Positions 20,601 through 29,594 of a stretch of DNA of 64,000 nucleotides are shown here, piece by piece (the stretch's first letter is position 1; each line of letters begins with the position of its first letter). The notes beneath the pieces are model-generated. The model worked only from the letters and a program-made list of their open reading frames with translations, ran no database searches and was not told the DNA's origin. The DNA comes from Phycisphaerae bacterium. Lineage in GTDB: Bacteria > Planctomycetota > Phycisphaerae > UBA1845. The position numbers and the translations under genes are program-made. The stretch lies in the NCBI GenBank assembly GCA_963666835.2, contig CAXXGO010000006.1, forward strand, positions 96,001 through 160,000. The letters are read 5' to 3'.

Positions 20601-21447
20601 TATCGCAGTCAGCTACGCCGGGATCGCCGCCTCTGAAGGAATCGTCGGTTTGTCCGAAGGTGAAGGGCTCAGTGCGGAGTTCTACGCAACCGACCTGTCG
20701 GATATGGGAGCATGTGTTCCCTTCGCCGATTGCGACAACGACGGCGATACGGATGAAGACGACTACGCCGTAATGTGCGCTTGCTTCTCCGGCAGTGGCG
20801 GGGGTGTGGATTCGGGTTGCCGATGCGTGAACTACGACGGCGACAACGACGTCGACTGCAAAGACTGGAATCAGTTCGCGGCCCTGTGGACCGAAGGCGA
20901 TCCGCCGGTATTCCCGCCGTGCGAGTCCATCGAAGCCGACGCGATCGGCGGGCGCTATCTGGCCGTCACCCCGTCGGAGGGAACCGAGCCGGTGGCGCTG
21001 CTGCTGACCGGCGGGGCGTCCGAGCCGGCCGTGTCGTGTTTGGCCCGCTATGTTCAGGCGGACGGCACCCTGGGTGATGACCCCGTATTCCGCCTGCCGA
21101 TGGAATGGGGCACGGTCTTCGTGTCCGGAGCGGAGATCGGACCGGACACGCCCTACGCGGTTCAGGGCGACTACGGCACTCCCGGGAATCCGGTCCTGAC
21201 TCCGGCCCAGCCGGTACGGACGCGGTTGTGGGCGGACATCGACGGCAACCTGATCGTCAACCTTGCCGACATTCAGATACTCGTATTGGCGTTTCAGGGC
21301 ACCACCGGCTTGGCGGACTTCGAGGCGATGGACTTAGCCGGATGCGAGTTGGACGGCACCATTAACATGACGGACGTCCAATGGGCCGTTCTGGCGTTCC
21401 AGGGGAAAGCCTACTGGGACGTCCAATGCGCGGCCCCGTGCCCGTAG
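17698..21447 (+). CDS. Secreted S8 (subtilisin-like) serine peptidase, multidomain
   Basis: Signal peptide and propeptide; triad motifs GMLDSG, HNHGT, GTSFSAP; DCNxNGIPDEC repeats; FN3-like and nidogen-like regions; dockerin-like loops. Confidence 0.93.
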   Translation: MLAKRGLLLWSAAVILGIGLGTAGLTPVDSATAIEPEDAAFAAKLHPALLTRLAEEGEEVKAWIFFADKGTTSPDEYAQAIDKVAAEYNPRAVQRRRLRGTAARGGALFTQHDLPVVREYVEAVKATGARVHVTSRWINAVSAYATRDQLDEVAKLSFVTKLQPVARAARVLPPDQDQTAKEKPLLPPSSPRGDSRVDYGASQAQLAQMNLIALHEQGFTGDGVIIGMLDSGFKTTHEAYNDPLHPLNVIASYDFVNDDPNVGPEAGDPSTQHNHGTQTLSCIGAYKVGSLVGGAYDASFVLAKTEDTSDEYPAEEDNYVAGLEFIEEHGADMETSSLGYIDWYTQDDLDGLTAVTTIAVNISTSLGIHHCNSAGNEYHDSDPSTSSIIAPSDGFDVIAVGAVTSSGSISYFSSDGPTADGRVKPEVLALGSGAATVSPSSDTGYTSADGTSFSAPLVAAAVGCLVQANPHWTVQEMREHLFYTSDYYVAHGTFDPQYVRGYGIINAFAAWADCNLNEIADECDIDCGVAGGPCDVPGCGGSLDCNLNGVPDECEADCNDNGIPDDCDIADCTPGDPLCADCNGNGIPDECDIPFPQQGRVLLDRPRYACESVAVIQVDDCGLNLDGGVVETVSVTITSDSEPGGETVLLTETGTASTVFEGSISLSGTDSAGVLLVAPGDAVTVSYLDADDGLGGTDVVVAENALVDCDGPIISFVRTTDVGPYSANVEFQVDESSTATVRYGFTCGGLNEQVPSGGFATTFQIPLVDLEKNTLYFFAVDAEDQAGNLTTDNAGGACYSFTTTDIPDFFTEQFTGGFDLDGLTISFTPDGSGDFYAGCAEGNTGLPTDPAGGTTLSFSPSNDDGYAAISLTGGATVSLYGTSYSSLYVGSNGYLTFGDSDDDHNETLEEHFAIPRVAGLYNDLDPSDGGSVSWKQLVDRVAVTWQSVPEWNTSNSNTFQIELFFDGTIAVSYAGIAASEGIVGLSEGEGLSAEFYATDLSDMGACVPFADCDNDGDTDEDDYAVMCACFSGSGGGVDSGCRCVNYDGDNDVDCKDWNQFAALWTEGDPPVFPPCESIEADAIGGRYLAVTPSEGTEPVALLLTGGASEPAVSCLARYVQADGTLGDDPVFRLPMEWGTVFVSGAEIGPDTPYAVQGDYGTPGNPVLTPAQPVRTRLWADIDGNLIVNLADIQILVLAFQGTTGLADFEAMDLAGCELDGTINMTDVQWAVLAFQGKAYWDVQCAAPCP

Positions 21448-21518
21448 ACGCCTTTGACTGACAGATAGATGTCATAATAGAACGGTTGGCCCACGGATGG
21501 GTGGTCCGCGCCCCGGAT

Positions 21519-21792
21519 GGGTGGCCCATCGCTTCAGCGGTGGGGGCTCGAACTGCTACCCGGGTGGCATGGGTCAACTTGTTGACCCGTGGAGCGTCGG
21601 AGAGTCGCCGCGCATCAGTACCGTCAGGGAGTGGCCATCGCGCGTCGGCGCGCCGCAACGGATCGGTCGGGGGCCGCTCGTTGACACTCGCGGTACCGAT
21701 TGCGGCCTGCCCCACAGATGAGTGTCCGATCGCTTTTGCGATAGGAGCTCGAACTGCCACCCGAGTGGCATGGGTCAACTTGTTGACCCGTG
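21519..21792 (+). repeat. Two composite REP-C + REP-B units (GGGTG-headed hairpins) with an internal inverted-repeat module
   Basis: GGGTGGCCCATCGCTTCAGCGGTGGGG-CTCGAACTG-...-GGGTGGCATGGGTCAACTTGTTGACCCGTG at 21519-21591 and a variant at 21720-21792. Confidence 0.85.
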
Positions 21793-21842
21793 TCGCGAAG
21801 GGGGCGTACTCTTCAAAAGCAATGGCACACTCGCCGGGGTGA

Positions 21843-22077
21843 AGCCCCTTGGGGCGACAGGTCCTCTAGCCCCATGGCGTAAGCCTGGGGAAACCATTCG
21901 GACGTTTCGCGCCAAGCCCCTTGTGGGCGGCAGAACGCATCAAGGTTCGGAACGGAAACCGGTGATTCAACATCATACGGAAAGCACGTTGGCGACCACC
22001 GGGATCTCTTGGAGCGTCGAAGACTCGATCCCGCGGCTCACGCCGCGGGCTAGCCAGAGCTGTCGCCCTGGCGGGCT
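21843..22077. mobile_element. Palindromic MITE-like element with imperfect terminal inverted repeats
   Basis: Ends AGCCCCTTGGGGCGACAG and CTGTCGCCCTGGCGGGCT (14/18 inverted match) plus subterminal hairpins; same architecture as 31707-31916. Confidence 0.6.
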
Positions 22078-22089
22078 GGTTCTGCGAGA

Positions 22090-23208
22090 CACGTGGGTGG
22101 CATGGGTCAACTTGTTGACCCGTGGCTTGTAGCGCGGGCATCCACGGGCAAGCTGCAAGCGTCCATGCCTCCATCGCGTAATCTCTTGTCGTGCGGCGGA
22201 GTACTCTACGCGCGAGCTACTCTTGCCCATGCCACCCATCACGTAGCGTAGGCACCCTGCCTGCAGCATCTCGCGCAACGCGCCGAACGACGCCGCTTTC
22301 CGGACATGGGTTTGGACGATGCGCGCCGTTGCGGCAGGTCTCGTACCTCGACCGTGCCCTACAACCGCTGACACGTGGGTGGCATGGGTCAACTTGTTGA
22401 CCCGTGGCTTGTAGCGCGGGCATCCACGGGCAAGCGGCAAGCGCCCATGCCTCCATCGCGTAATCTCTTGTCGTGCGGCGGAGTACTCCACGCGCGAGCT
22501 ACTCTTGCCCATGCCACCCATCACGTAGCGTAGGCACCCTGCCTGCAGCATCTCGCGCAACGCGCCGAACGACGCCGCTTTCCGGACATGGGTTTGGACG
22601 ATGCGCGCCGTTGCGGCAGGTCTCGTGCCTCGACCGTGCCCTACAACCGCTGCCACGTGGGTGGCATGGGTCAACTTGTTGACCCGTGGCTTGTAGCGCG
22701 GGCATCCACGGGCAAGCGGCAAGCGCCCATACCTCCATCGCGCAATCTCTTGTCGTGCGGCGGAGTACTCTACGCGCGAGCTACTCTTGCCCATGCCACC
22801 CATCACGTAGCGTAGGCACCCTGCCTGCAGCATCTCGCGCAACGCGCCGAACGACGCCGCTTTCCGGACATGGGTTTGGACGATGCGCGCCGTTGCGGCA
22901 GGTCTCGTACCTCGACCGTGCCCTACAACCGCTGCCACGTGGGTGGCATGGGTCAACTTGTTGACCCGTGGCTTGTAGCGCGGGCATCCACGGGCAAGCG
23001 GCAAGCGCCCATGCCTCCATCGCGTAATCTCTTGTCGTGCGGCGGAGTACTCTACGCGCGAGCTACTCTTGCCCATGCCACCCATCACGTAGCGTAGGCA
23101 CCCTGCCTGCAGCATCTCGCGCAACGCGCCGAACGACGCCGCTTTCCGGACATGGGTTTGGACGATGCGCGCCGTTGCGGCAGGTCTCGTACCTCGACCG
23201 TGCCCTAC
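22090..23208. repeat. Tandem array of four 282-bp mosaic REP units (BIME-like)
   Basis: Unit starts at 22090, 22372, 22654 and 22936; a few SNPs between units; each unit carries REP-B, a GTAGCGTAGGCACCCTGCCTGC hairpin and REP-A. Confidence 0.95.
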
Positions 23209-23354
23209 CCGGATGTCAGGCCGTAGACCGTCCCGGAGGGACGAAGGCAAGTAGCCACGGGTGGAGCGCAGCGGAACCCGTGGAAGGATTCGCTCCCGTA
23301 CGCTCCCGTCCCGAAGGGCCAGCGGACGGTTGCCGAGATCTCGCGGAAAACCGC

Positions 23355-23384
23355 GGCAGTTCTCGTGCCTCGACCGTGCCCTAC
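23355..23384 (-). repeat. REP-A copy
   Basis: GGCAGTTCTCGTGCCTCGACCGTGCCCTAC. Confidence 0.85.
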
Positions 23385-23478
23385 AACGGCCCATGCGAAG
23401 CGATACGGCCGCGGTACTGTCCAGATCGCCCCCGGTCCGGTACCATAGCGGGTATCTGAAAGAAAGGACCGCTAAGAC

Positions 23479-23958
23479 ATGGTAACCGACAGACCTCTTC
23501 CGGAAGTATTATCGCTGATCGTCTGCGATCAGATCATCACCGACCGAATCACGGGCAAGCAGTCCCTGATCGGGATGTTCGCCCGGGTACACGCCCGCAA
23601 GTTCCCGGTGGCGCATCCCCTGCTAAGTGTTTTCGCCTCGCTTACCGAGGGCTACGGGCAGGTCGAGCTGACCATTCGCGTCGTCGACGCTAACGACGCC
23701 CGCCCGCCCATCGTCGAAGGGCGCGGCAAGGTGGAGTTCAAGGACCCTAGGGCCATCGCCCACCTGGCCTTGCAGTTCCACGGACTTGTCTTCCCCGAGC
23801 GCGGCGAGTATCGCGTGCAACTGGTCTGCGACGGGCAGCTTCTCCGCGAGGCCCGCTTGGACGTGATCGAAGTCCGGCCCAAGTCCGAGCAGCCGCCCGG
23901 TTCATCCGACTACCCGGAGCCGCCGGACTTCAACGCGCCGCCGGAGCAGCTTTCGTAG
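23479..23958 (+). CDS. Conserved hypothetical beta-sandwich protein (DUF6941-like)
   Basis: CDQIITD..TGKxSLIGMF and FPxxGEYRVQL pattern; RBS AAGGA. Confidence 0.75.
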   Translation: MVTDRPLPEVLSLIVCDQIITDRITGKQSLIGMFARVHARKFPVAHPLLSVFASLTEGYGQVELTIRVVDANDARPPIVEGRGKVEFKDPRAIAHLALQFHGLVFPERGEYRVQLVCDGQLLREARLDVIEVRPKSEQPPGSSDYPEPPDFNAPPEQLS

Positions 23959-24003
23959 TTGCGAATGACGATCTGATGCGGGACCGCGAGCGCGCCCCCG
24001 GTT

Positions 24004-24666
24004 CTAAAGGCAATCCACCGGGTGCCGCTCCTGATGCATGACCGAATCCGGCTGCCGAGCGCGACTGCTCCACACAACGCGGATCACTTCGAGCAAGTCG
24101 ATCGTTTTGAAATGCGAGCACTGAACCTGCGGAATGACCAGCGGCTTTAGACCCGCCCGTGCGGCTTGTTCGAAGAAGTGGATGTCCTCGCCGGTAATCC
24201 CGCCGCCGGGTTGGTGGCGGAACGTAAACCACGGATACTCCAAGCGATCGAACACGCTTCGCTCGATGAGGCAGCAGCCCATCCCCGCGGCGTCCACCTC
24301 GAAGGGCTGCCCGGGTAGTTCGCCCAGAAACTCGAGTTCGCCGGTGTCGTTGCGTTTCGCTACCGAAGTGCAGAGCCGCCGCCCGAGCAGCAGGGGATAG
24401 ACCCCGCAGACGATCGGCCGACCGGCCGCGAGCATCAGGGCCAGACTGTCGTCCGGTGGAACCACGTCGCTATCGAGGAAGAAGATGTGCGAATGCCGGC
24501 TCTCGCGGAAGCGCCGGACCCCGAGGTTGCGGGAGTAATCGGCCGGCTGGGCCTCGATTGTGCAGAACTCCACTCCACCCGCATGGCCGGCACAAACGCG
24601 AAAGGCGGCCTCGGTCGTGCGGCTGTGGATATCGCGAGCGGTGGGGATACACACGAGAATGCTCAT
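24004..24666 (-). CDS. Glycosyltransferase, GT-A fold (family 2-like)
   Basis: SRN, FLDSD (DxD), GMGCCLIERSVF, GEDIHF motifs. Confidence 0.85.
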   Translation of the reverse strand: MSILVCIPTARDIHSRTTEAAFRVCAGHAGGVEFCTIEAQPADYSRNLGVRRFRESRHSHIFFLDSDVVPPDDSLALMLAAGRPIVCGVYPLLLGRRLCTSVAKRNDTGELEFLGELPGQPFEVDAAGMGCCLIERSVFDRLEYPWFTFRHQPGGGITGEDIHFFEQAARAGLKPLVIPQVQCSHFKTIDLLEVIRVVWSSRARQPDSVMHQERHPVDCL

Positions 24667-24761
24667 AGGGTCGGCTCCCAGGCGTGCTATGCGCCGTCAG
24701 GTTCCATCGGCAATCATACCAGGGACCTTGCCATTGGCTTTCTCACCGCGTCTAAAATCGT

Positions 24762-25276
24762 CTGCAGCATTGCTGACGCGTCGGTACACACGAGTAGTCC
24801 ATGACGGGTCTCGTGCCTCGACCGTGTCCTACGGAACTTACATCGAGGGTCATCAGGTTTGGGACGTTGATCATCGGCTCCCCCGGGTCCGACGTGTGTT
24901 GTTCGGACGGTTTCAGACAAGTCGGACGCGGCAAGAGGTTCAAGAGGACCCGGGCCACCCGGCCGGGTGGCATGGGTCAACTTGTTGACCCGTGGCACGT
25001 GGAAGAGTCGCCGCGCATCAGTACCACGACCGTCAGGGAGTGGGCGCTATACCTAACACGAGTAGCGGCTGAGGGCCGCTCGTTGACACTCGCGGTACTG
25101 ACTGCGGCCTGCCCCCCAGCCGTTGGGCGGGCGGCATATCGCCTTAGCGGCGGGGGACGCAACGTTGCGGCAGGTCTCGTGCCTCGACCGTGCCCTACGA
25201 GGCTGCTGCAGCGGTGCCGACGCGCCGGTACGCATGAGTAGTCCAAGGCAGGTCTCGTGCCTCGACCGTGCCCTAC
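24762..25276. repeat. REP mosaic cluster bounded by an approximately 70-bp direct repeat
   Basis: REP-A at 24803, 25169 and 25247; REP-B at 24965; degenerate REP-C near 25130. 24762-24832 resembles 25206-25276, and 24965-25115 resembles 21562-21710. Confidence 0.85.
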
Positions 25277-25390
25277 GGGGGCGGCGCCGTGTGGGGGCGG
25301 TTTCTGCAAGTGTCTCGGGGGGTTGCGGGCCTGGGGCGGCGGGGGGGAGTGAGGCTACCAATCCGGCCCGTGAGCAGGTATCCTGTACGG

Positions 25391-26290
25391 ATGATCATGG
25401 CCGCGAAGCGCGATAGTCAGTTGCTCGATCCGGAGTTCATGGCGAAGCTGGACCAACTTTCGTTGGTCAGCCGCAAGATCTTCGCGAGCAAGCTGCGCGG
25501 CGAGCGGCTCAGCAAGCGCCGCGGCGACTCGGCCGAGTTCGCCGATTACCGCAACTACGTGGTTGGTGACGACCTTCGCTATCTGGATTGGAACATCTAC
25601 GCCCGGCTCGAACGGCTCTTTATCAAGCTGTTCCAGCAGGAAGAGGATCTGCACGTCAGCCTGCTCGTTGATGTGTCCAAGAGTATGGACTGGGGCGACC
25701 CGAACAAGGGGCTGTACACCCGGCGGATCGCGGCGGCCATCGCCTACATCGGCCTGGTCAACTTCGATCGCGTGAGCGTATACGCCTATTCCAACGGGCT
25801 GCAGTATGAACTGGTCGGCGTGCGCGGCCGGCGTTTGATGTTCAAAGTCATCGAGTTTCTCAACAAGGTCGAATACGGCGGTCCCAGTAACCTGGCCGCG
25901 GCCGGTAAGCAGTTCGCCATCCGCCATCCGCAGCAGGGTATCGTCCTGCTGTTGAGTGATTTCTTCGAGAAGGACGGATACGAAGAGGGGCTGCGGTATC
26001 TGCTGGCCCGCAAGTATGATGTTTACACGGTGCAAGTGCTCAGCCCGGAGGAGATCGACCCGCCCCTGGTGGGTGATCTTCGGCTGATGGATGTCGAGGA
26101 TGACGACACGGCGGAAGTAACGGTCAGCCGGGCTTTGTTGAACCGGTACAAGCGCAATCTGGAGGCATATTGCGGCGGACTGCGGGAATACTGCACGCGG
26201 CGGGGTATCAACTACTTCTTCACCAGCTCCGAGGTGCCGTTCGATCAGGTCGTGCTGTCGTACTTCCGAAACCGGGGGCTGCTCAAGTGA
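25391..26290 (+). CDS. DUF58 domain protein (MoxR-associated, VWA-like)
   Basis: EFADYRNYVVGDDLRYLDWNIYAR, DVSKSM, LLSDFF. Start at 25391 or 25397; the longer ORF start lies within a REP. Confidence 0.92.
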   Translation: MIMAAKRDSQLLDPEFMAKLDQLSLVSRKIFASKLRGERLSKRRGDSAEFADYRNYVVGDDLRYLDWNIYARLERLFIKLFQQEEDLHVSLLVDVSKSMDWGDPNKGLYTRRIAAAIAYIGLVNFDRVSVYAYSNGLQYELVGVRGRRLMFKVIEFLNKVEYGGPSNLAAAGKQFAIRHPQQGIVLLLSDFFEKDGYEEGLRYLLARKYDVYTVQVLSPEEIDPPLVGDLRLMDVEDDDTAEVTVSRALLNRYKRNLEAYCGGLREYCTRRGINYFFTSSEVPFDQVVLSYFRNRGLLK

Positions 26291-26345
26291 TGCCCCGGCG
26301 ACTACACAATCCGGCCGGGGATGGGCGAATGGGGAGAACGGCCGA

Positions 26346-28373
26346 GTGAGCTTTTTGAGCCCAATGGCGATTGCGATTGCAGCGGCGGCCACCATTCCTC
26401 CGCTCGTCGCTCTCTATTTCCTGAAGCTCAAACGCGACGTGCGCCTCGTCCCCTCCACGCTGCTGTGGAAGCGGGCTGTCGAAGATCTGCACGTGAACTC
26501 GCCTTTCCAGCGCTTGCGGCGCAGCCTTCTGTTGCTGTTGCAGTTGCTGGTATTGATTGCCGCGGCCATAGCCCTGGGCAAGCCGATGCTGCAGACAACC
26601 GAAAGTCATTTGGACACCGTAATCATCCTGATAGACCAGTCAGCTTCGATGAATGTGGTAGAAGCCGACGGTCGCAGTCGGTTGGAGCGAGCAAAGGAGC
26701 AGGCCAAGCGTTGCGTCGATAACCTGGGCGATGACGCCCGTGCCATGGTCATCGCCTTTTGCGATCGGGCGACGGTAGTGTCATCATTCGACACCGACCG
26801 CGCGGCTTTGAAGCGGAAGATCGACTCGGTAGAACCGACGGACAGTTCGTCTACCTTGGGCGAAGCGATGAGCCTGGCCGAGGCGTATACTCAGAACATC
26901 ATCATCGGTGGCGACGAGGCCGGTGCCGACAAGCCGCCGGACTCGACCGCGCCGCCGGCGTCGGTTTTTCTGTTTACAGACGGTCGGGTTCAGGATTCCG
27001 AACATGTGGCGCTTCAGAAGTTCGCCCTCGATAAGATCAGCGTAACCAACGTAGCCCGCCGTAGCGACAACGTCGGCATAATCGCGATGGACGCCCGCCG
27101 GGACTATGAACGGCCGGAGATTCTGGAAGTGGCCGCCACGGTCGAGAACTTCGGACCCGAGCCGGTAACCGTCGACGCGGTGTTGTATATCGACGGGCAG
27201 AACGTCGACGTGCAGACCGTGCGCCTCGAGGCCGCGTTTGAGAAGGTGGAGGACGACTCGGCGAGACCGCCCCGCCCCGCGGAGAATCGGATGGGGATTA
27301 TTGCGTTCGACGACATCGAATTCGGCGGCAGCGGGGTCGTAGAGGTTGTCCTGCGCATAGACGACGCCTTGTCGACGGACGACCGGGCCTGGACGGTCAT
27401 CGAAGAGCCCAAGAGTGTTCGGTTGCTGCTGGTGACCGCGGGCAACATGTTCCTGGAGAGTATCCTCTCCTCGCTTGAGATCGAAATGGTGCTGATGACG
27501 CCTGCGGAATACGAACGTGCTCCCGATGACGCGTTGCAGGATGGCCAGCATAGCACGTTTGACGTCGTAATGATGGACCGGCATTCCACGGAACGGCTGC
27601 CGCGGGGAAACTACATGTTCTGGGGCGGGGTCCCCCTGATCGAGGGAGTGGCGGCCGGGCGGGTTATCGAAGACGAGGTCATCTTCAATTGGGACGAGAC
27701 GCATCCGCTGCTTCGGCACGTGGCCGTGGAGACTTTGCAGGTGTACGAGTGGTTGAAGCTCGATCTGCCGCCGGAAGCCGTGTCGATTGTAGATGGGGAA
27801 ACGAGTTCGGTTATCGCCTTGCTCGCGCGGGATGCCAGCCAGTATCTGATCAGTGCCTTCAGTCTGATCGTGGACGATGAAGAGGCGGGCGGTCCGATGG
27901 TGAATACCTATTGGCCCACTACGGTCGACTTCGTCGTATTCGTTCAGAACTCCGTACAGTACCTGGCGGGGAATGCGGCCGCGGTCGGCCGCCGGAGTAT
28001 CCGCCCGGGCGATCCGGTCATACTGCCGATTCCCAAAAGGACGCGCCAGGTGAAAATCCACCGGCCGGACGGCGTGACCGAGTCGCTGTCGGCCGCGGGT
28101 TACGAAACGCTGCACTACGCTCGGACCCGCCGGGTCGGCACGTATCGGGCGGAGCCCGGGCTACGCGGGCGCGACGTCTTCGCCGTCAACCTGTTCAACA
28201 CGGTGGAGAGCCGAATCGAGCCCGCGGAGGCTCTTACCCTGGGAGCGCAATCGGTTGAGGCTCGGGCCGGCACTATTGAAGTCAACAATCCGGCCTGGCG
28301 TTATCTGCTCCTGGCCGCTCTGGTATTTCTGCTTGTGGAATGGGTCATTTACAATCGGCGCGTTTTCGTTTGA
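26346..28373 (+). CDS. BatA N-terminal / VWA domain membrane protein
   Basis: LYFLKLKR...VPSTLLW, LLLLLQLL...ALGKP (BatA); MIDAS DQSASM and FTDG; C-terminal TM segment with LLVEW. Confidence 0.9.
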   Translation: MSFLSPMAIAIAAAATIPPLVALYFLKLKRDVRLVPSTLLWKRAVEDLHVNSPFQRLRRSLLLLLQLLVLIAAAIALGKPMLQTTESHLDTVIILIDQSASMNVVEADGRSRLERAKEQAKRCVDNLGDDARAMVIAFCDRATVVSSFDTDRAALKRKIDSVEPTDSSSTLGEAMSLAEAYTQNIIIGGDEAGADKPPDSTAPPASVFLFTDGRVQDSEHVALQKFALDKISVTNVARRSDNVGIIAMDARRDYERPEILEVAATVENFGPEPVTVDAVLYIDGQNVDVQTVRLEAAFEKVEDDSARPPRPAENRMGIIAFDDIEFGGSGVVEVVLRIDDALSTDDRAWTVIEEPKSVRLLLVTAGNMFLESILSSLEIEMVLMTPAEYERAPDDALQDGQHSTFDVVMMDRHSTERLPRGNYMFWGGVPLIEGVAAGRVIEDEVIFNWDETHPLLRHVAVETLQVYEWLKLDLPPEAVSIVDGETSSVIALLARDASQYLISAFSLIVDDEEAGGPMVNTYWPTTVDFVVFVQNSVQYLAGNAAAVGRRSIRPGDPVILPIPKRTRQVKIHRPDGVTESLSAAGYETLHYARTRRVGTYRAEPGLRGRDVFAVNLFNTVESRIEPAEALTLGAQSVEARAGTIEVNNPAWRYLLLAALVFLLVEWVIYNRRVFV

Positions 28374-28433
28374 TCATCGGACTGCACGGTTTCGGCGGAT
28401 GAGGTTCTCTCGGCACGGGTCACGGGGAGTGCG

Positions 28434-29480
28434 GTGAAAAGGCTCAAGGCGGCGTTGATCGGGCTGGCAGGCGTGGGGGGTGATTATCTTTCCGCGCTTC
28501 AGGCGGATGACCTGTTCGAAGTCGTGGCCGTGGCGGACCGTGACGCTGCGCTTCTGCGGCAATGCACGGAAGGCACCTCTTTGCGGCAGTACGCGGACTA
28601 CCGTTCTTTGATCGTGGAAATGGGGCACGCCGGGTTGGATGCTCTTTTCGTTGCGGCGGAGTCGTTTCGGTCTTTCGAGTACATGGAGGCGGCCGCCGAG
28701 CGCGGGATCGCCGTATTTCACAAAGCTCCGCCGGCCCGCAACGTGGACGAGGCCCGGCGCTTGGCGGAGTGGTTCTCCGGTAAGGGGCGGTCATTTGTGG
28801 TGCCGCGCCTTTGGCAGTGTGATCCGGCGTTCGCCTGCCTGATTGATCCGGCGGAGCCCATAGGCCGCGTCTGCACCGCCGTTGCGGAGGTACGCACGAC
28901 GGCCGGATCGCAGGGTTGGCGCGGCGACTCGGTTCGCGCCGGTGGTGGAGTTCTGCTAAACAGCGCTTATGAGCAGGTAGATATGCTGGTGGCTCTGCTG
29001 GGCGTGCCGGAGTCGGTGTACGCCCAGTGCGGAGCGACCGCCCTGCCGGGCACGGCGCGCAATTACGATACCGAAGACACCATGCTGGTGAGCCTGCGTT
29101 TCGCCGGGGATCGCATCGCGTCGGTTGCCGCGTGGCGCGGGGCTCCGGCGCCGCATTCGCGAGTAGCTTTGATCGGAACCCAAGGCCTGGCCGAGGTCTT
29201 CCCCGACCGTCTGGAACTTGCCCTTGCGGGTGGAGCTACGGAATCTAACGTAGTGCGGACCGTGCCGCCGGTAGCCGGCGCCGTACACGCCTTCGGAGTC
29301 GCCCGATTGGCCGAGGACCCCCCGGAGGATCAACCGGACGACGGGTGCCTCGCGCGTCCTGCCGCTACCCCTGCTCCGAAGCTGGAGGTCGAGGATTACG
29401 TAGCGACCATGGCCGTAATCGAGGCCGCATACCTTGCCGCCAAGACCGACGAGCCCGAATCACCCAGCCGCTGGCTGTGA
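28434..29480 (+). CDS. Gfo/Idh/MocA family oxidoreductase
   Basis: ALIGLAGVG Rossmann motif, HKAPP (EKP-like), GGGVLLN..YEQVD, TEDT. Confidence 0.85.
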   Translation: MKRLKAALIGLAGVGGDYLSALQADDLFEVVAVADRDAALLRQCTEGTSLRQYADYRSLIVEMGHAGLDALFVAAESFRSFEYMEAAAERGIAVFHKAPPARNVDEARRLAEWFSGKGRSFVVPRLWQCDPAFACLIDPAEPIGRVCTAVAEVRTTAGSQGWRGDSVRAGGGVLLNSAYEQVDMLVALLGVPESVYAQCGATALPGTARNYDTEDTMLVSLRFAGDRIASVAAWRGAPAPHSRVALIGTQGLAEVFPDRLELALAGGATESNVVRTVPPVAGAVHAFGVARLAEDPPEDQPDDGCLARPAATPAPKLEVEDYVATMAVIEAAYLAAKTDEPESPSRWL

Positions 29481-29538
29481 CCTGAGCCACCCGTCGAGCT
29501 GGGTGGCATCGCGTGCGCGTCTTTGTAGCGGTTCGAAT

Positions 29539-29566
29539 CCGCCACCGCTAAAGCGATGGGCCACCC
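29539..29566 (-). repeat. REP-C copy between convergent genes
   Basis: CCGCCACCGCTAAAGCGATGGGCCACCC on the + strand. Confidence 0.8.
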
Positions 29567-29594
29567 GACGTGATTCCATGAAAGAGGGCTTACC

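Noticed and set aside
22090..23208. CRISPR array or DGR template/variable repeats
   Set aside because: No unique spacers; differences are not adenine-specific; no reverse transcriptase or cas gene.
21973..23394. 473-aa minus-strand ORF with 94-aa repeats, plus the other ORFs in the array
   Set aside because: By-product of a 282-bp (multiple of 3) array made of REP hairpins; no protein-like features.
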